64,000 bases of DNA from positions 70,866-134,865 of the forward strand of contig FLMG01001193.1 of NCBI GenBank assembly GCA_900088475.1, in the 5' to 3' direction. Under the pieces are notes generated by a model, which did not search any database, was not told where the DNA came from, and saw only the letters and a program-made list of their open reading frames with translations. Of the stretch, positions 38,280-50,267 are shown piece after piece. Made by a program: the position numbers and the translations under genes. The stretch is from Hyphochytrium catenoides (Eukaryota > Protista > Hyphochytriomycota). The number at the start of each line of letters is the position of its first letter. Within the stretch, counting starts at the first letter, position 1.

Positions 38280-39583
38280 CGCTCGTCTGGGTTACGTCTA
38301 TGGATAGTTAGTAGTATGTAGACGCGAATCAATGTCGGCCTCTAAATTGGTGCATCCGACTCCCTTCCCCTATACTCCTCCAGAGGTCATTAAGACGGAG
38401 AAGCTGACGAAGGACTAAGACGTTGTCGCCGCGGCCTCAGCGCAAAGGGAGATAATGGACAAGTAAAGAATGTAGTAGCTCCTGTTCTCAAGCTGATGGC
38501 GATATGGCCGCCTCTTCTCATCTCGTTGCGATAACAGCCAGAGAGAGGATGAGAAATCAGCCACTGATGATTCTTTGTTGGCCGTGTCGTTTTACTACTT
38601 AGCGCAATTCCAATTATCGCTATCGAGCGGTGGTGGGAAGCGGTGAGACCTACCAAGGCGACTAGTATTGCGATAATGGCTACTTCCATGACTAGGGAAA
38701 AGGAAGCATCCAATTCATAATACATTGATTGCCCTTCTTGTTTCCTCCACCTGACATTGCAGGAAGAAAGTTCCTAAGAAGCAAGAATAATGATAAGGTT
38801 GGACGGTCGAGAGCAAATTCGGTATTGGCGTGAACGCTTTAGAAGCACTCCTGAATTCTCGCCACCCAATAGTTCTAGGCTGCTCCCGCAAACGAATTTT
38901 GCAATACGGTCCGTCAGCCTTGCCAATTTCGATTGCTTGTACAGTATCAAAGTATCAAGTAAAAGTACTTGTACTAGTTCTACTGTACTTCAACTGATGG
39001 CAAGCCTCAATGAGTTGTTGTCCAGCTGGTATCGGAGGATAATAAGGCGGAGGGAGGGGGAAGTGAAGGATGAAGGGCTCTTTTGAGCAGCAGTCAGAAC
39101 GAAGGAGCAGTTGAAGACCCTCACTCATCAAACTTACAGGTGGAGCCGCTAACCCCTAGATTGCCCGCGCGAGGTACAGTTTATCAGTCTTACCAGATCC
39201 GCTTCTCATGCCTTGAGTATGTAGCACTACAGTCCAGCAGCCATTGCCAAATCTCGTTTCAGCCTTCAGCCTCAAACGACGACCATCAAACTAGAAAGAA
39301 GCAATTGTCCCTGGAAATGCCGATGACCAGACGGCGGTCCAAGATTGCCCACAACATGACCGGGGACATCAGCTCAATGAACCTCAGCGCAAACACCACC
39401 ACTCCTCACCTTCAAGAAATACTAATGGTTTTATAGAGCAGAAAGCACATTCACATGTGGGCGGCATTACTCTCGCGTAGCCTGCCAGCACGGCGCCATA
39501 TACCAACCAACTTTAGCCTCAAGTTTGTCCATGGAGGTGGGATAGGGTAGCACGGTGTGGGTCGAGTTTTATATGAGGCCAAA

Positions 39584-42483
39584 ATGCCGCGTAGAGATAA
39601 ACGCAAAAACATTATTAACCTCTCTGAGGAGGAGCTTCAAATGTATCTCGGCTTGGCCAAATCAAAGGCAGCTGAGTTATTACATATTGAACAGTACTCT
39701 TTGGGACCAAGGGGCTGGGAACATTGGCGGGTAAGTCCGCATTGCAAAACTTTAAATACGTGAGCCAACGGTAACACTTGTCAGACCAAGCACGGTGTCA
39801 AAACCTATGCTGCAGACCTGCCAAACCGAAAGGACACTGTCGCCACAAAGACGGTCTGTGAGCTCCACTGTCCCTTAATGGAGATGTACAACCTTCTGGC
39901 ATGGCCTAGCAGTGGAGACTTTGAGGTAAGTGCAGAAACGTTTTCATGAATGACAGGGTGAAGACTCATTACGCTTGTACGGGCCTATAGAGCTTGATGA
40001 AACTTCTATTCCCTGATTTTGCGACTGGAACACTGCTTTGGAGCCGCTGGATTCCTAATGATGATTTTGGCGCGGAAGACCTCTTCTTCATAGCCCATGC
40101 TTGTTTCCGCTCAAACATGGCTACGGGGTCTATGGATAGGGAGGTCTTTGTACTCTCGGTAAGTCTAGCACGCGTTCCAGAGTGATTGTACAACTGGTTG
40201 TGAGCTAATGTTCCCTTTCAAGCTTCTTACGCTTGTAAAGAACGATAAGGACGAGACCGTAGGCGTCCTTGTCTGGGAATCAATAGACCGGGATGACTCT
40301 GTCATCAAGGGTACTAGAGTCCCAAGGCAGAGAGTGACAAGAATGGTCCTATCAAACTCCGGGATTACCTTTCGCTCCATACCATCGTCAAGAAGAGTGG
40401 TGGTTCAGCATGTGCAGCATGTTACCCTACCCCATGTTCAGAGTCCAGTCCCCACATGGATCTCTACTGTGATTAAGATGAACCAGGTATCTATTTTTTG
40501 CACGCCTTTTATTAAACAACTTGCGTGGGTAAGATGGTGACGAGACCTAACTGCCTTCTTGCTCACCCTTTCCTTTCCTGCTCCTACCCTCTGTGTTATT
40601 GTAGAGTCTGGTTTTGACCAACGTTGTCCATTACGTTTCGAGACGGAGGCGCAACGAATACGTGGCACCAGATGGGGTTATCGTACCCTCCACCCTTTCA
40701 GAGCACATTTATCACCCACTGCGCAAATTCAAGTGTGTTGACAGTCACTGGTTGTATAATAGGATGCAAATACAAGGCGGAATGCTAATCATTGACGTGA
40801 GGCCACCCAGAAGTGATACGCAGGCAATCAAAGGAGCCATCCACCTGCCTGAGCTGGCAGCCACATCCACCGAGGGTATTCTGCGGCGGCTCTCTCCTGA
40901 AGCTGCGGCAACGTTTAGTCGCTGGAGGCTGCTTGAGATCGTGATCTATGATGACTTGGGAGACTTAGAGATGACTCTTGAAAGCTGGAGCTATGAACTG
41001 TGCAACATGTTCATGGAGGAGAAGTCCACCGCTGCCGTCAGATACCTTTCAGGTGAGCATCCTTTACAGCTACTTTTGAGGAATGACTAATCCGACTCGA
41101 CCCTCACAGACGGCTTCAATACGTTTAACCTACGCTATCCACACATGCTAGTTAGCCTTCATACTCTCTTTGGCGTTGTCTCGCCAAGGTCATCCTTCAG
41201 TAGGTCTTCGGGTTCTTTCCGGATGCCAGAGACTCGTCTTATGCGTACTCATAGTGGTCTCCACACACTGACGTACCCAAATGAGATCATAGAGGACTTC
41301 CTTTATCTGGGAAATATGTGGCAAGCATCATCTGAGGCAGTAATCAAGACCTTGGGAATCACTCATGTAGTTAACGCTACCCTGGACTGTGAGAATGTTT
41401 TCGAAAACGATGGCGTCAAGTACCTCAACGTCTTATTGAAAGATCACCCTGATTCTCCTATCTTCACCTACTTCGACCAGGTATAATGCACACTGCCATC
41501 ATTCAAATATACGCTAGAGAACTAATGTCAATTCGTTACTCAATCTTGGCAGATATATCAGTTTATTCAAATGGCCAGAAGCGATCCAAGGGCTCGGGTC
41601 CTTGTGCATTGCACTCAAGGGATATCTAGATCAGGAACTATAACTATTTGGTACGTCATGCAAGCGATGCAGCTCTCCTTGGTTACGGCGTTCAACTATG
41701 TCGTAGCAAGAAGGGGAGTCGTATATCCAAACCTGGGCTTCATGCAGCAGCTCATTCAGGTGAGAAGCCAGAAGGCATACTCCTTTTATGACGATAACAA
41801 GGTCTTAGAATTTTGCTCTTTCGAACCGTGACTTGCAGGCTGAACAAAGACTCTATGCAGCGAATAGCATTGATGAGGCGGAGATCGAGAGTTTGCTGGC
41901 GGGCACAATAAGAGATAGGAATGCTCCAGGGAAAGTGCGGAAGCATGCATCTCGCTTTGACGAGATCCCAAGCTGCGGAATTTGCCAGAAGCTCTTTCAC
42001 TTCATAGTTCGAGTGCGGCGTCAGTGCAAGCTATGTGGCCGAGTAGTTTGCCCCCGGTGCTCATCAGTTCGCCTGCAAGCTACCCCCGAGCTGAAAGTTC
42101 GTGTGGGCAAATGGTCAATTAGAGTTTGTGACAAGTGTGTCTCGACACTTCAGAAGCTCGACATCGCTATGGATAGTGGGTCATACAACGCTTTCGTCGA
42201 CACACATCCAGACCACCACCCGAGAAATCATCTCATCATTGCCAGAGAGCCCAAGGATCCCAACCCAGTGTACATTTCTTGGCCAGTCGCACTGCCGTCT
42301 TCGGTGGTCAAGGGTGTTATCAGACTCCGTTTTGGCATTGATAGGTCCCTTCCCCTAGTCCTGGTCAAGAAATCAAGTGAGCGACTCAGTATAAAGTCGA
42401 AGGACGTCATTGAGCTCGCATACGTCATCGTCAATCCTCCGACTGCCGAACCGAGTGGTTCTATGTATGAGTTTGAAGAGTGA
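39584..42483 (+). CDS. Multidomain dual-specificity phosphatase: START-like + rhodanese + DSP + FYVE-like
   Basis: IIDVRPP..IKGAIHL (rhodanese), YPNEIIEDFLYLG, ITHVVNAT, VHCTQGISRS (CX5R), PNLGFMQQL, CGIC..CKLCGRVVCPRCS..VCDKC. The N-terminal START-like call is inferred from GWEHWR/LVWESID. Start uncertain. Confidence 0.85.
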
Positions 42484-43516
42484 TATATATCTTTTACGCT
42501 TTATTTTGTCATTCGAGCCTTCTATCACATAGATCTAAATCTTGCTAGCAAACTATTCTTCTAACGTCAAGAATTCATCCGACAGTCTTAGTTCAACTAT
42601 CAATTAACTCCTTCAATGAAGGCTCTTTCATCCACCCTACATAGAAGTAGTGGGCTCTGCATGCTTATCAAGCTGGACCTATCGTTGGCGACAGTATTTG
42701 TTTAAAGCCGCAGACGCCGAGATTCAAATTTTGGAGATCTTTGAGAAAAAGGAGAGGGATGGCGAGCGCTGACCATCCCGCCCCTCGTACACGATGGTAA
42801 GACGCCAGGCAGTTTGGCTGCTAGTGTGGCTCCAATCTCATCATCGTCTTCCGCCAGTTGGTGGTGGTCGCTACCACCGCTGGCATTGGCCCTGTCTGTG
42901 AGGCTCTCCTGCTTCGACCGTGGGTGTCTCAACCATCAGACTTCTTTCTAATACATCCAGTTCTTTTTTCCCTCTCTCGTGTGCGATTCTGCATCTCGAG
43001 ACAAGTTGGCAGAGCTGCGGGCAGTGGCAAGACAGGGATGCTTTGGGAACAAACCTATCTCTGGCAGCTACCAGCTGATGTGCAACCTCTCTCTCTCTAA
43101 TGGAGTTCGATGGGCCGAGTTTGTGAGAGCAATCAATAAAATAATCCATCACTCATCAGAATCACCTCAACAGGCACAGGAGGGCATATTCGGAATGGGA
43201 AATAGGTTAATACGCATTAGCTCAGCGACATTCAGAATGTACATACATTAAGCGCCATCGAACCGCCGGCACCATCCAAGCAAGGATCAGAACTCCGTGA
43301 GTGCTGGTAACTTGCTTCAGCTTCCTCGTGGCGGCGAAGGGCGTCTTCGTCGCGGCGGAAGCTCTACTCCGTCGTCTGACACTAAGCGACGTAGAGGAGG
43401 TCTTGGAGAGGCGGAGACGCTTCCTTCTTGGTAGGGGATATCCTGGTCGACCCAGCCTGGACATTCAATGCAGTGAATGAGAAGTGAGAGAAAGTCACGA
43501 AGCGGCATCTGACACA

Positions 43517-46500
43517 ATGCTGGCGGCCGCTAGGTGGTGCGGGCAGGGTTTAACTCAGGGGAGATGTCGCGTCATTTCTAGAGCGAAGCATCTCCGTCCA
43601 ACTCCCACTTACCCGATCACCGTGACAAGGCGCTTTTTGGAGCCGGGTATCACCAAACGCCAGGGTGGTGTTATCAGGTGTATTGGGCACACGATTTTCA
43701 GGGGTTATTCGAATACCAGTCATAGCCTAGGTTCCACTGAGAATGAGTTCGAGGGTGTCTCTATTTCTGATAGAAGCAAAGAGAACTCCGCTCCGCTGGA
43801 AAAACCTATGGAGGAACAGCTGCTGCTGCCGTTTCTGGACAGTTTTCTTAGCAAACTTCAGATCCATGCAAGTAATCAGTTCGTTACATCGATCATCACC
43901 AAAATTTTCAAGTTTGTCGATTCTCAAGCAAGCACCAAGTAAGTGTAAAAGACATACTGCGATCGTCTCTTCCTTGCCTCGAGGGGCCTATACCTTGTTA
44001 TCTTCCCGGAGGTGACTTTGTCTCTTGAAATCTATGTCCCGTGCTTAAGCTGATGTCTCTCTTGCACATGATTTCCTAGAGAACGTCTTTACAGCGATCT
44101 AGAAAAGATGATGAAAGCCAGAGGGTTGCCCTTCTTCTTCCCGCCATTGCAGAGATTTTTGGAAGGTGGCGATGTAGGTTTCTTTTTGCGCCCTCTTTGG
44201 AGGTTCCATCTTCCACGTCTGCTTTGTACTGAAATGAGTTACTGCAGGCGATGGAGTTGCTGAACACTATTCCTGAGGTTCGAGCAAGCCGTCTCGTATT
44301 TACGCCGTAAGTAAAGGGCGCAATGAGACTGCTCTAGACGACGTCATAACAATGTCCCTTGGGAGAAACTCATCTTCGTCTCTCCTCGTGCCTTCTCTAC
44401 TTAGCCTTGTCCAAAAGATTGAGGACGGCTGCTTGCCCACAGAGCAGGAAGCAAGACGAGACTTTAATGGTCAAGTAGCTCTCCTTATATGCGTCCGGCA
44501 CCTTTTCTCAGGCGGCCCACGGCTGGATTCTGTGACAAACAAACAACAAGAGTGAGTTTCAGGTCGTATCCTAGTATCAGCCTGCAGTTCTTCGATAGGG
44601 TGAAAACTGGTACTGAGAGGGTCAGGAAAGAGTAAGGAAAGAGGGTAAAAGAACGCAAAGGGGGAGAAACAGTCCAGTGCTACCCAGTGCCGGAGGATAC
44701 AATGTACGGGAAGTCTAAATAAGGGCATACACATGAAGAGTGCGCCGTGAAGATCAGAGGCACCGTCCATAGACATCAAGAGGGAACAGATGTTTGACGC
44801 TTTCTCTTAGGTATGAATTATTGAAGCAGAAATTGAAAAAGCAGCTCTTGAGTACGGGCTTGGCAGAAGGTCTTGAATGCAGCAGAGTTCTTATGGACAT
44901 CAACCCGTATTCAGGAGGTGATTCAGAACTTTGTTCAACGGAGGTTTGGGAGGATGACGCAGCAAAGGCAGAGGAACTCGCCATTCTGTTTGGGAACAGC
45001 TTGGAGGACAACTTCCACCGTTTGTTGTACGAGAGGTTGCAGAGATTTGTGGATAAACGATCGTTTAGCGCTCAAAACAAGTAAGGCACAATTGCGGATG
45101 TTTGAATGGCTTGCCTGTCATTGGTCTTTCAGACTGTACTTGGCTATTGCTCTCGTAGCCCGGCGGTTGGACTTCAGTCGCCACTAGCTTACGTGCGTAT
45201 TACATCGCAGTGATCTCCTGGTTGAGAGCTTGATGAAACTGTTGAAGGGTAGTATGATGAGGAATACTCTAATTGGCGCGCTGACAGAGTTTGCTAGTCG
45301 TTCTCTTATCCCGTCCACCGACTTCAGCCTGGAGGTAAGGATGAGACAGAGACAGCCCTTAAAACTGGCGACCACTTCTTGTAGTCCTGCTCGACATTAT
45401 TGTGGCACTCTTTATGCAACTCTCTCACCCACTCAATCTTACCTGTTTACCGCCCTCTCTCACCTGTAATACCAGCGGGATCGTTTGATGCTTGCACGCA
45501 AGGAAAAGCAGATGGAGGCATTCACGCATGTCTTGGTCGGGGCGAGATCCAGAATTTCAGAGGGGCTGGAGGAAGCCGCAACGCCTCTCCTTAAACGCGC
45601 GGCGAAAGGTATCACGAAGGACCCAGAGCTGGAGGTTCTTATCAACAGGTAAATGCTTTTCCAGCAGGGGTTAGCTTTCTCATGTCACGAGTGTTGGATG
45701 TGCCACTCTAAGCCCTATAAGGACGTATGCCATTGCGAAGAGAGTTATTTGGCTTGCATTCTTTCTGTTACATTCTTGGCACTGACCCTTTCCTTCAAAG
45801 AATTGCTACAATCTTAGATGAGCGCCAGTATTACGCCTTCTACATGCGCCTTGTGAAGTATAAGATGGCTGGAGACTTCTCGGCGGCGTCTCGCCACCAG
45901 CTGTTTAGAAATCTGGAGGAGCTTAGCGGTCATGCTGAAAAACTAATCATGCCTCTCCTGGCCAAGGTACATTTTTGGACCTTTATGTTAATGAATCTCT
46001 TTTGGTTCTTGATCTCTCAACGGCTTTTACCCAGTCATCGTCAGTTTTCACGTGCTTTTGGTGTACCGTTCTACTGTGATGTGAGAAATGGGAAACAAGC
46101 TCGACTTGGAATTCTATGGTGCTCTGAGGCAGGTATCAGGAATTAACGTTGTTCTGCTCTCTGTTACAGCATCTGGACTCTATTGCCATTGATGCACTTC
46201 AGGAGAGCAGGGCCAGGGCCCTCAATGTTAGAAGTATTCTCCTAGATGCGGTACCTATGCAATCCTTAGACGTCGCTAAGAGTTTAGAGCGTAAGAAGTT
46301 GCAGGAAAGAGAGAGTGGCATGAATGACGGAAGCGGTAGTGGAACCGACATCGATCGGGAACTGACTACGACGGCACCTAAAGATCTAGACCGAACCCTA
46401 GAGGGTGCGGAAGATGCTTTAGAGATGATGATGGCTATGCATCCGGTAAGCTATATCTCCTTCGCGAGGCATTCAGTTCCTCCCTCCCTCAAATTCTCTC

Positions 46501-48231
46501 ATCTTAGAGCAACGACGGCCGTTCTTCTCTAACTTCCCACTTGGAATTGAATGTGTTTATGGNNNNNNNNNNNNNNNNNNNNNNNNNNNNNNNNNNNNNN
46601 NNNNNNNNNNNNNNNNNNNNNCCGGGGACTTGCTCAGATTTATCCCACCTACTCACAAGGTAGCTCTTACCTCTGAAACCTCTCCGTCCGCCGAAATACT
46701 CTATTATGCTCTGTGCCAGCGCAGTTTTTTATAACGGACTCATTTCATGTTAGATTTACGTGGGAAACTTACCGCGTCATATTGACGAGGCTCAACTAGA
46801 ACTTGCTTTTAGCAGAATTGGACAGGTAAGCTTGGTAGGACTAGCGGCATAGAACTTTGATTAATAACAGGCCGATAGGGCCATGTAACGCGAGAAGCCC
46901 AAAGTGTACCATCCTGGAAAGAGACGACGGAAGAGGTTGATGTTTGGCCTCTAGCTAGCCACAATGCACAATACATAAAGGGGCAAGAGCAAATGATATG
47001 AGAGTAGAGGGCGTCGCAAAGGGACGATGGCTTTGAGGAGGCACACGGCAGAAGGCAATAGCACTGACCCCTATAGTAGGTAGATCATGTCGAGATTTTC
47101 CGAGATCGGGAGATTCTTGAGGAGGAAAAAGACACGACGAGGAAAGATGGAAGAAAAGCCAGAACAAACGTTAAACGGAAGCCGAGAGCAGACTTTACTG
47201 GCGTCTACGGTAGGGGAGGAGCCTTTCGTATGTCCTTAACTTGCTCTTTCCGTGCCTGGCTTTGTTACTTCTCCCTCAACTTGCCCGTTTGGGGCTCTTC
47301 GCTCAAGAATCTCATCAACTTACTTGCTTCCAGGCTTTGTCTACTTCAAGTCCGCGAAGGACCTAGAGAGAGCACTCGCACCATCAGTCAGACTCTTTGG
47401 CATGCGTATAAGGGTAAGACTACTGAACATCTACCTAACTAAATTCCGAGCATCCATCACCACCTTCGTTGCTCGGAAAACTTCACCTTCCCTATCGAGT
47501 GCTAACTATCTTCATCTCAGTTGCTTCACTTTCTTCATATCAGGTAGTAGGAGTACTTAAGGCATAGACCTGAGGTAGCTCCGTCTAGGCTACTCACTAA
47601 CCCCCAACCCCTCTTTGGCTGACTGTCCTCAGGCACATTACACCAAAGTAGAAGGCGAAGATGGTCCAGCGCGGGATATCGTGGAGTCTGCCATGTGCAA
47701 TATAGACCTTGTGTCGGATCGACGGACTCTGCGAATAGCTGACATCGCTTACGGCACGCAGGTGGAGGAGCTTGTAAATAAACTAGAGGAGCTTTTCGAG
47801 CCCTTTATAAAGGTGAAGCAAGGAGAGCCTAGACAAAGTCTCATTTTACGTGTCGTGGTACTCTAAGTGACCACGACTACTACCTTTTTGTGATGACGAC
47901 CCTTTTTGGATTGCCCTTCAAGGTCTACATACTCTTCCTTCTAAAGCGGTCCTCTGACAAACATTTCTGCATGTTTAAGGTGAATCTCAAGGAGAGCCTT
48001 GGTCGTGGCTCTCTTCTCCGCCGTGGCAAAGCCTTTATAGACTTCAGCACGCACGACCTAGCGGATCTTGCCTATCGCTGCCTGGCTGGCCGGCTATCTT
48101 TCAATGGAGAGCCTGCCAAGGTTGGTTTTGCTGCAAAGCGACGAACGGGCGGAGGAAGGATGCAAAATACGCAGCAAGGCCGCCAAGCTCCTTCTAGAGA
48201 AAGAGGAGAAGATTGGTCCGACGACCATTGA
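43517..48231 (+). CDS. Large protein with a mitochondrial-type presequence and C-terminal RRM domains (contains an assembly gap; could be two genes)
   Basis: MLAAARW..R-rich N-terminus, IYVGNLPRHIDEAQLELAFSRIG (RNP2), VYGFVYF (RNP1) and a second RRM KAFIDFSTHDLA. Confidence 0.65.
46563..46621. other. Assembly gap (N run)
   Basis: Run of n. Confidence 1.
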
Positions 48232-48561
48232 TAACGGAGGCTTCCAACCCACACAAGGTGTTTTAACCACTTGATTAGGGGACCGCCGCTCCAGTAAGAA
48301 CTTGTCGGAACTATCTTGTGGACTGCGGAAAGCACCCCCCTTAATTCCTGTTTCAAGAGGCGGAGCACCAATTTATGGATACCAATAGATCCGCGCAAGT
48401 GGAGACAAAAAGTCGCATGCCTCTTCCCCTAGTCTGGCTTGCAAAAGTAGAGTAGAGGAGTTAAGAGTGCAGCTTCTTCTCCATCCCTTTTAACTTATTT
48501 AGAGCCTCAGCCCACAGCCCTCTCTAGAGAACCAGGACCTAGTGGCTTCGGTTCTCAATAG

Positions 48562-49621
48562 TCAGCGAGCTGGGGCTGCCGGGACATTCCTAATGTCCAG
48601 TAGATATTGTAACAGAGCTTTCACCCTTCCCTCCACCTCGGCCGCGGCTGGTACCCCCGTAGGAATTATAAGTTGTTTGACTGCAATTGCAATGGCTGTC
48701 CGCTGGCCCACGTGCTGCAGGTTTCATAGGAGAGATGTACAGGGGAGCAGGAGGAAGAATGTCAGAAACCGTCCAGGCAAAAAGGTAAGTGCGTGGAAAA
48801 CAGGTTCTATGCTATAAGGAATATACCAAGGGAGAAGGCTAGTTCTATGCTATAAGGAATGGACCGATGGGAAGGCAAGTGAGATAAAGGATTGTTCACG
48901 TCAGAAGGTCAGATCCCTCCGAGCAACGAACTAGGAGAAATAACGGTTCATAGAGTGAAAAGGAGAAGGAGAGAGGTCGGAAGGGATTGTTCCTACTGTG
49001 GATGGTGTAAGAGAGAGAGAGAGAGTAGGGACACGGCATGGTTCCCACCTTCCCCATCATTACTGGCTGGCAATCAAGAAATAGCGCAGGAGTTGCAGAA
49101 ACGTTGCTTAAAGACCTCAGCTGCTCATAGAGAACAGGCGACGGACCGTACAAGCCGCGCTGACAGGCAACCACCAGTAGTCGTGCCTCTCTCCTCTCTA
49201 AGGCCTTCAGCACTTCATTAAGCCCCACAACCGCCAGGTTGTCAGATGTGCTACTCTTTGCATTTGTTTCTCCAGCGCTCTGTCTTGATCTTTTTCTTCC
49301 ACTGGTATGTGGCTGCTTCCTAAGCCCCTCTACGTCCTCCTGGCCCTTAATGCCACGTCCTTCCACGCCGGCCACCAGCTGTGTGTTCTCGCCCGCCTTC
49401 TCAGAGGCTGCGCCTTTCCTTTCATTACTATACTTCTGTTGTTCTTCGCAGACCTCTTTCCATCGTTTGATGAGAGGGACCAGCTCATTCCGTAGTCGTC
49501 CCAGAACGATGGTCGTATCCTCGGCACTGAGTACCTCCTTCTGTAGAGATGGTGGAAGAGGCAATGTAGAAGTCCTCTTCTCGGGCCGAGCACGCCCAGA
49601 TCCTGCTTTGACCTTATGCAT
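48562..49621 (-). CDS. L7Ae-family protein, RNase P/MRP RPP38/Pop3-like
   Basis: LAVVGLNEVLKALERREARLLVVA...PALFLD..MMGK|HVGQRTAIAIAVK (L7Ae core), with a long charged N-terminal extension. One GT-AG intron. Confidence 0.7.
48804..48860. repeat. 19-bp direct repeat (38-bp period) in an intron
   Basis: gttctatgctataaggaat at 48804 and 48842. Confidence 0.85.
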
Positions 49622-50267
49622 AGTGTCTCGACTTTAGCTATGAAGAAGATGCAAGGCTGGATAGGAACAATGGAGTGATCGAGAGAATCCTCCGTGCCTT
49701 TGAGCTGTTTTACGACGACTTAGGAACAGCCGAAGGAGAGTGTCAACTACTCACCGAACTCTACATAAACAGAACTTGTCCGCTGTGCTCTATATTTTTC
49801 TGGTGCGCTTCTGCCGTCGTGCATCTACAGCAGCCCGTCCAGCGACATCATGGTCATCCCACGATCAGGATGTCACTCTTTCATAGAACGAAGTTGGGCC
49901 AGCGAGCAAAGTAATGACATCAATGCAAGAGAGTTCTAATTGGGAGCCGCTAACGCCCGTTAGCCTATTGAAGAGCAAAGAGACAAGAAGAGAGAGATTC
50001 GAAGCTTGATGTGCATGCCCTCAGACAGACAGACAGAGCTCTGTTTCCTGCTTGCTTACCTGGAACAGCCGGCGACTGCGGCTCGCAGACTATTCGTAGC
50101 CCTTCTTTGGTCCCCGGTTCGTTAGAAACTTGCACTGCCTGGTCATCCTGGGATTCTTGTCGGTCTCTGCTCCTTGCACTGACGGGAAAAGTGTAGCTCT
50201 ATAGTGCTAAGAGGCAAAGGGGCTACGACTCTGTTGCTTGATTCGGGCAGCGTCGGGTGTCGCTCCG

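Noticed and set aside
42600-43480. Short ORFs between the DSP and RRM genes (also 16630-17050 and 11900-12700)
   Set aside because: No recognisable motifs or convincing exon chain, so left unannotated.
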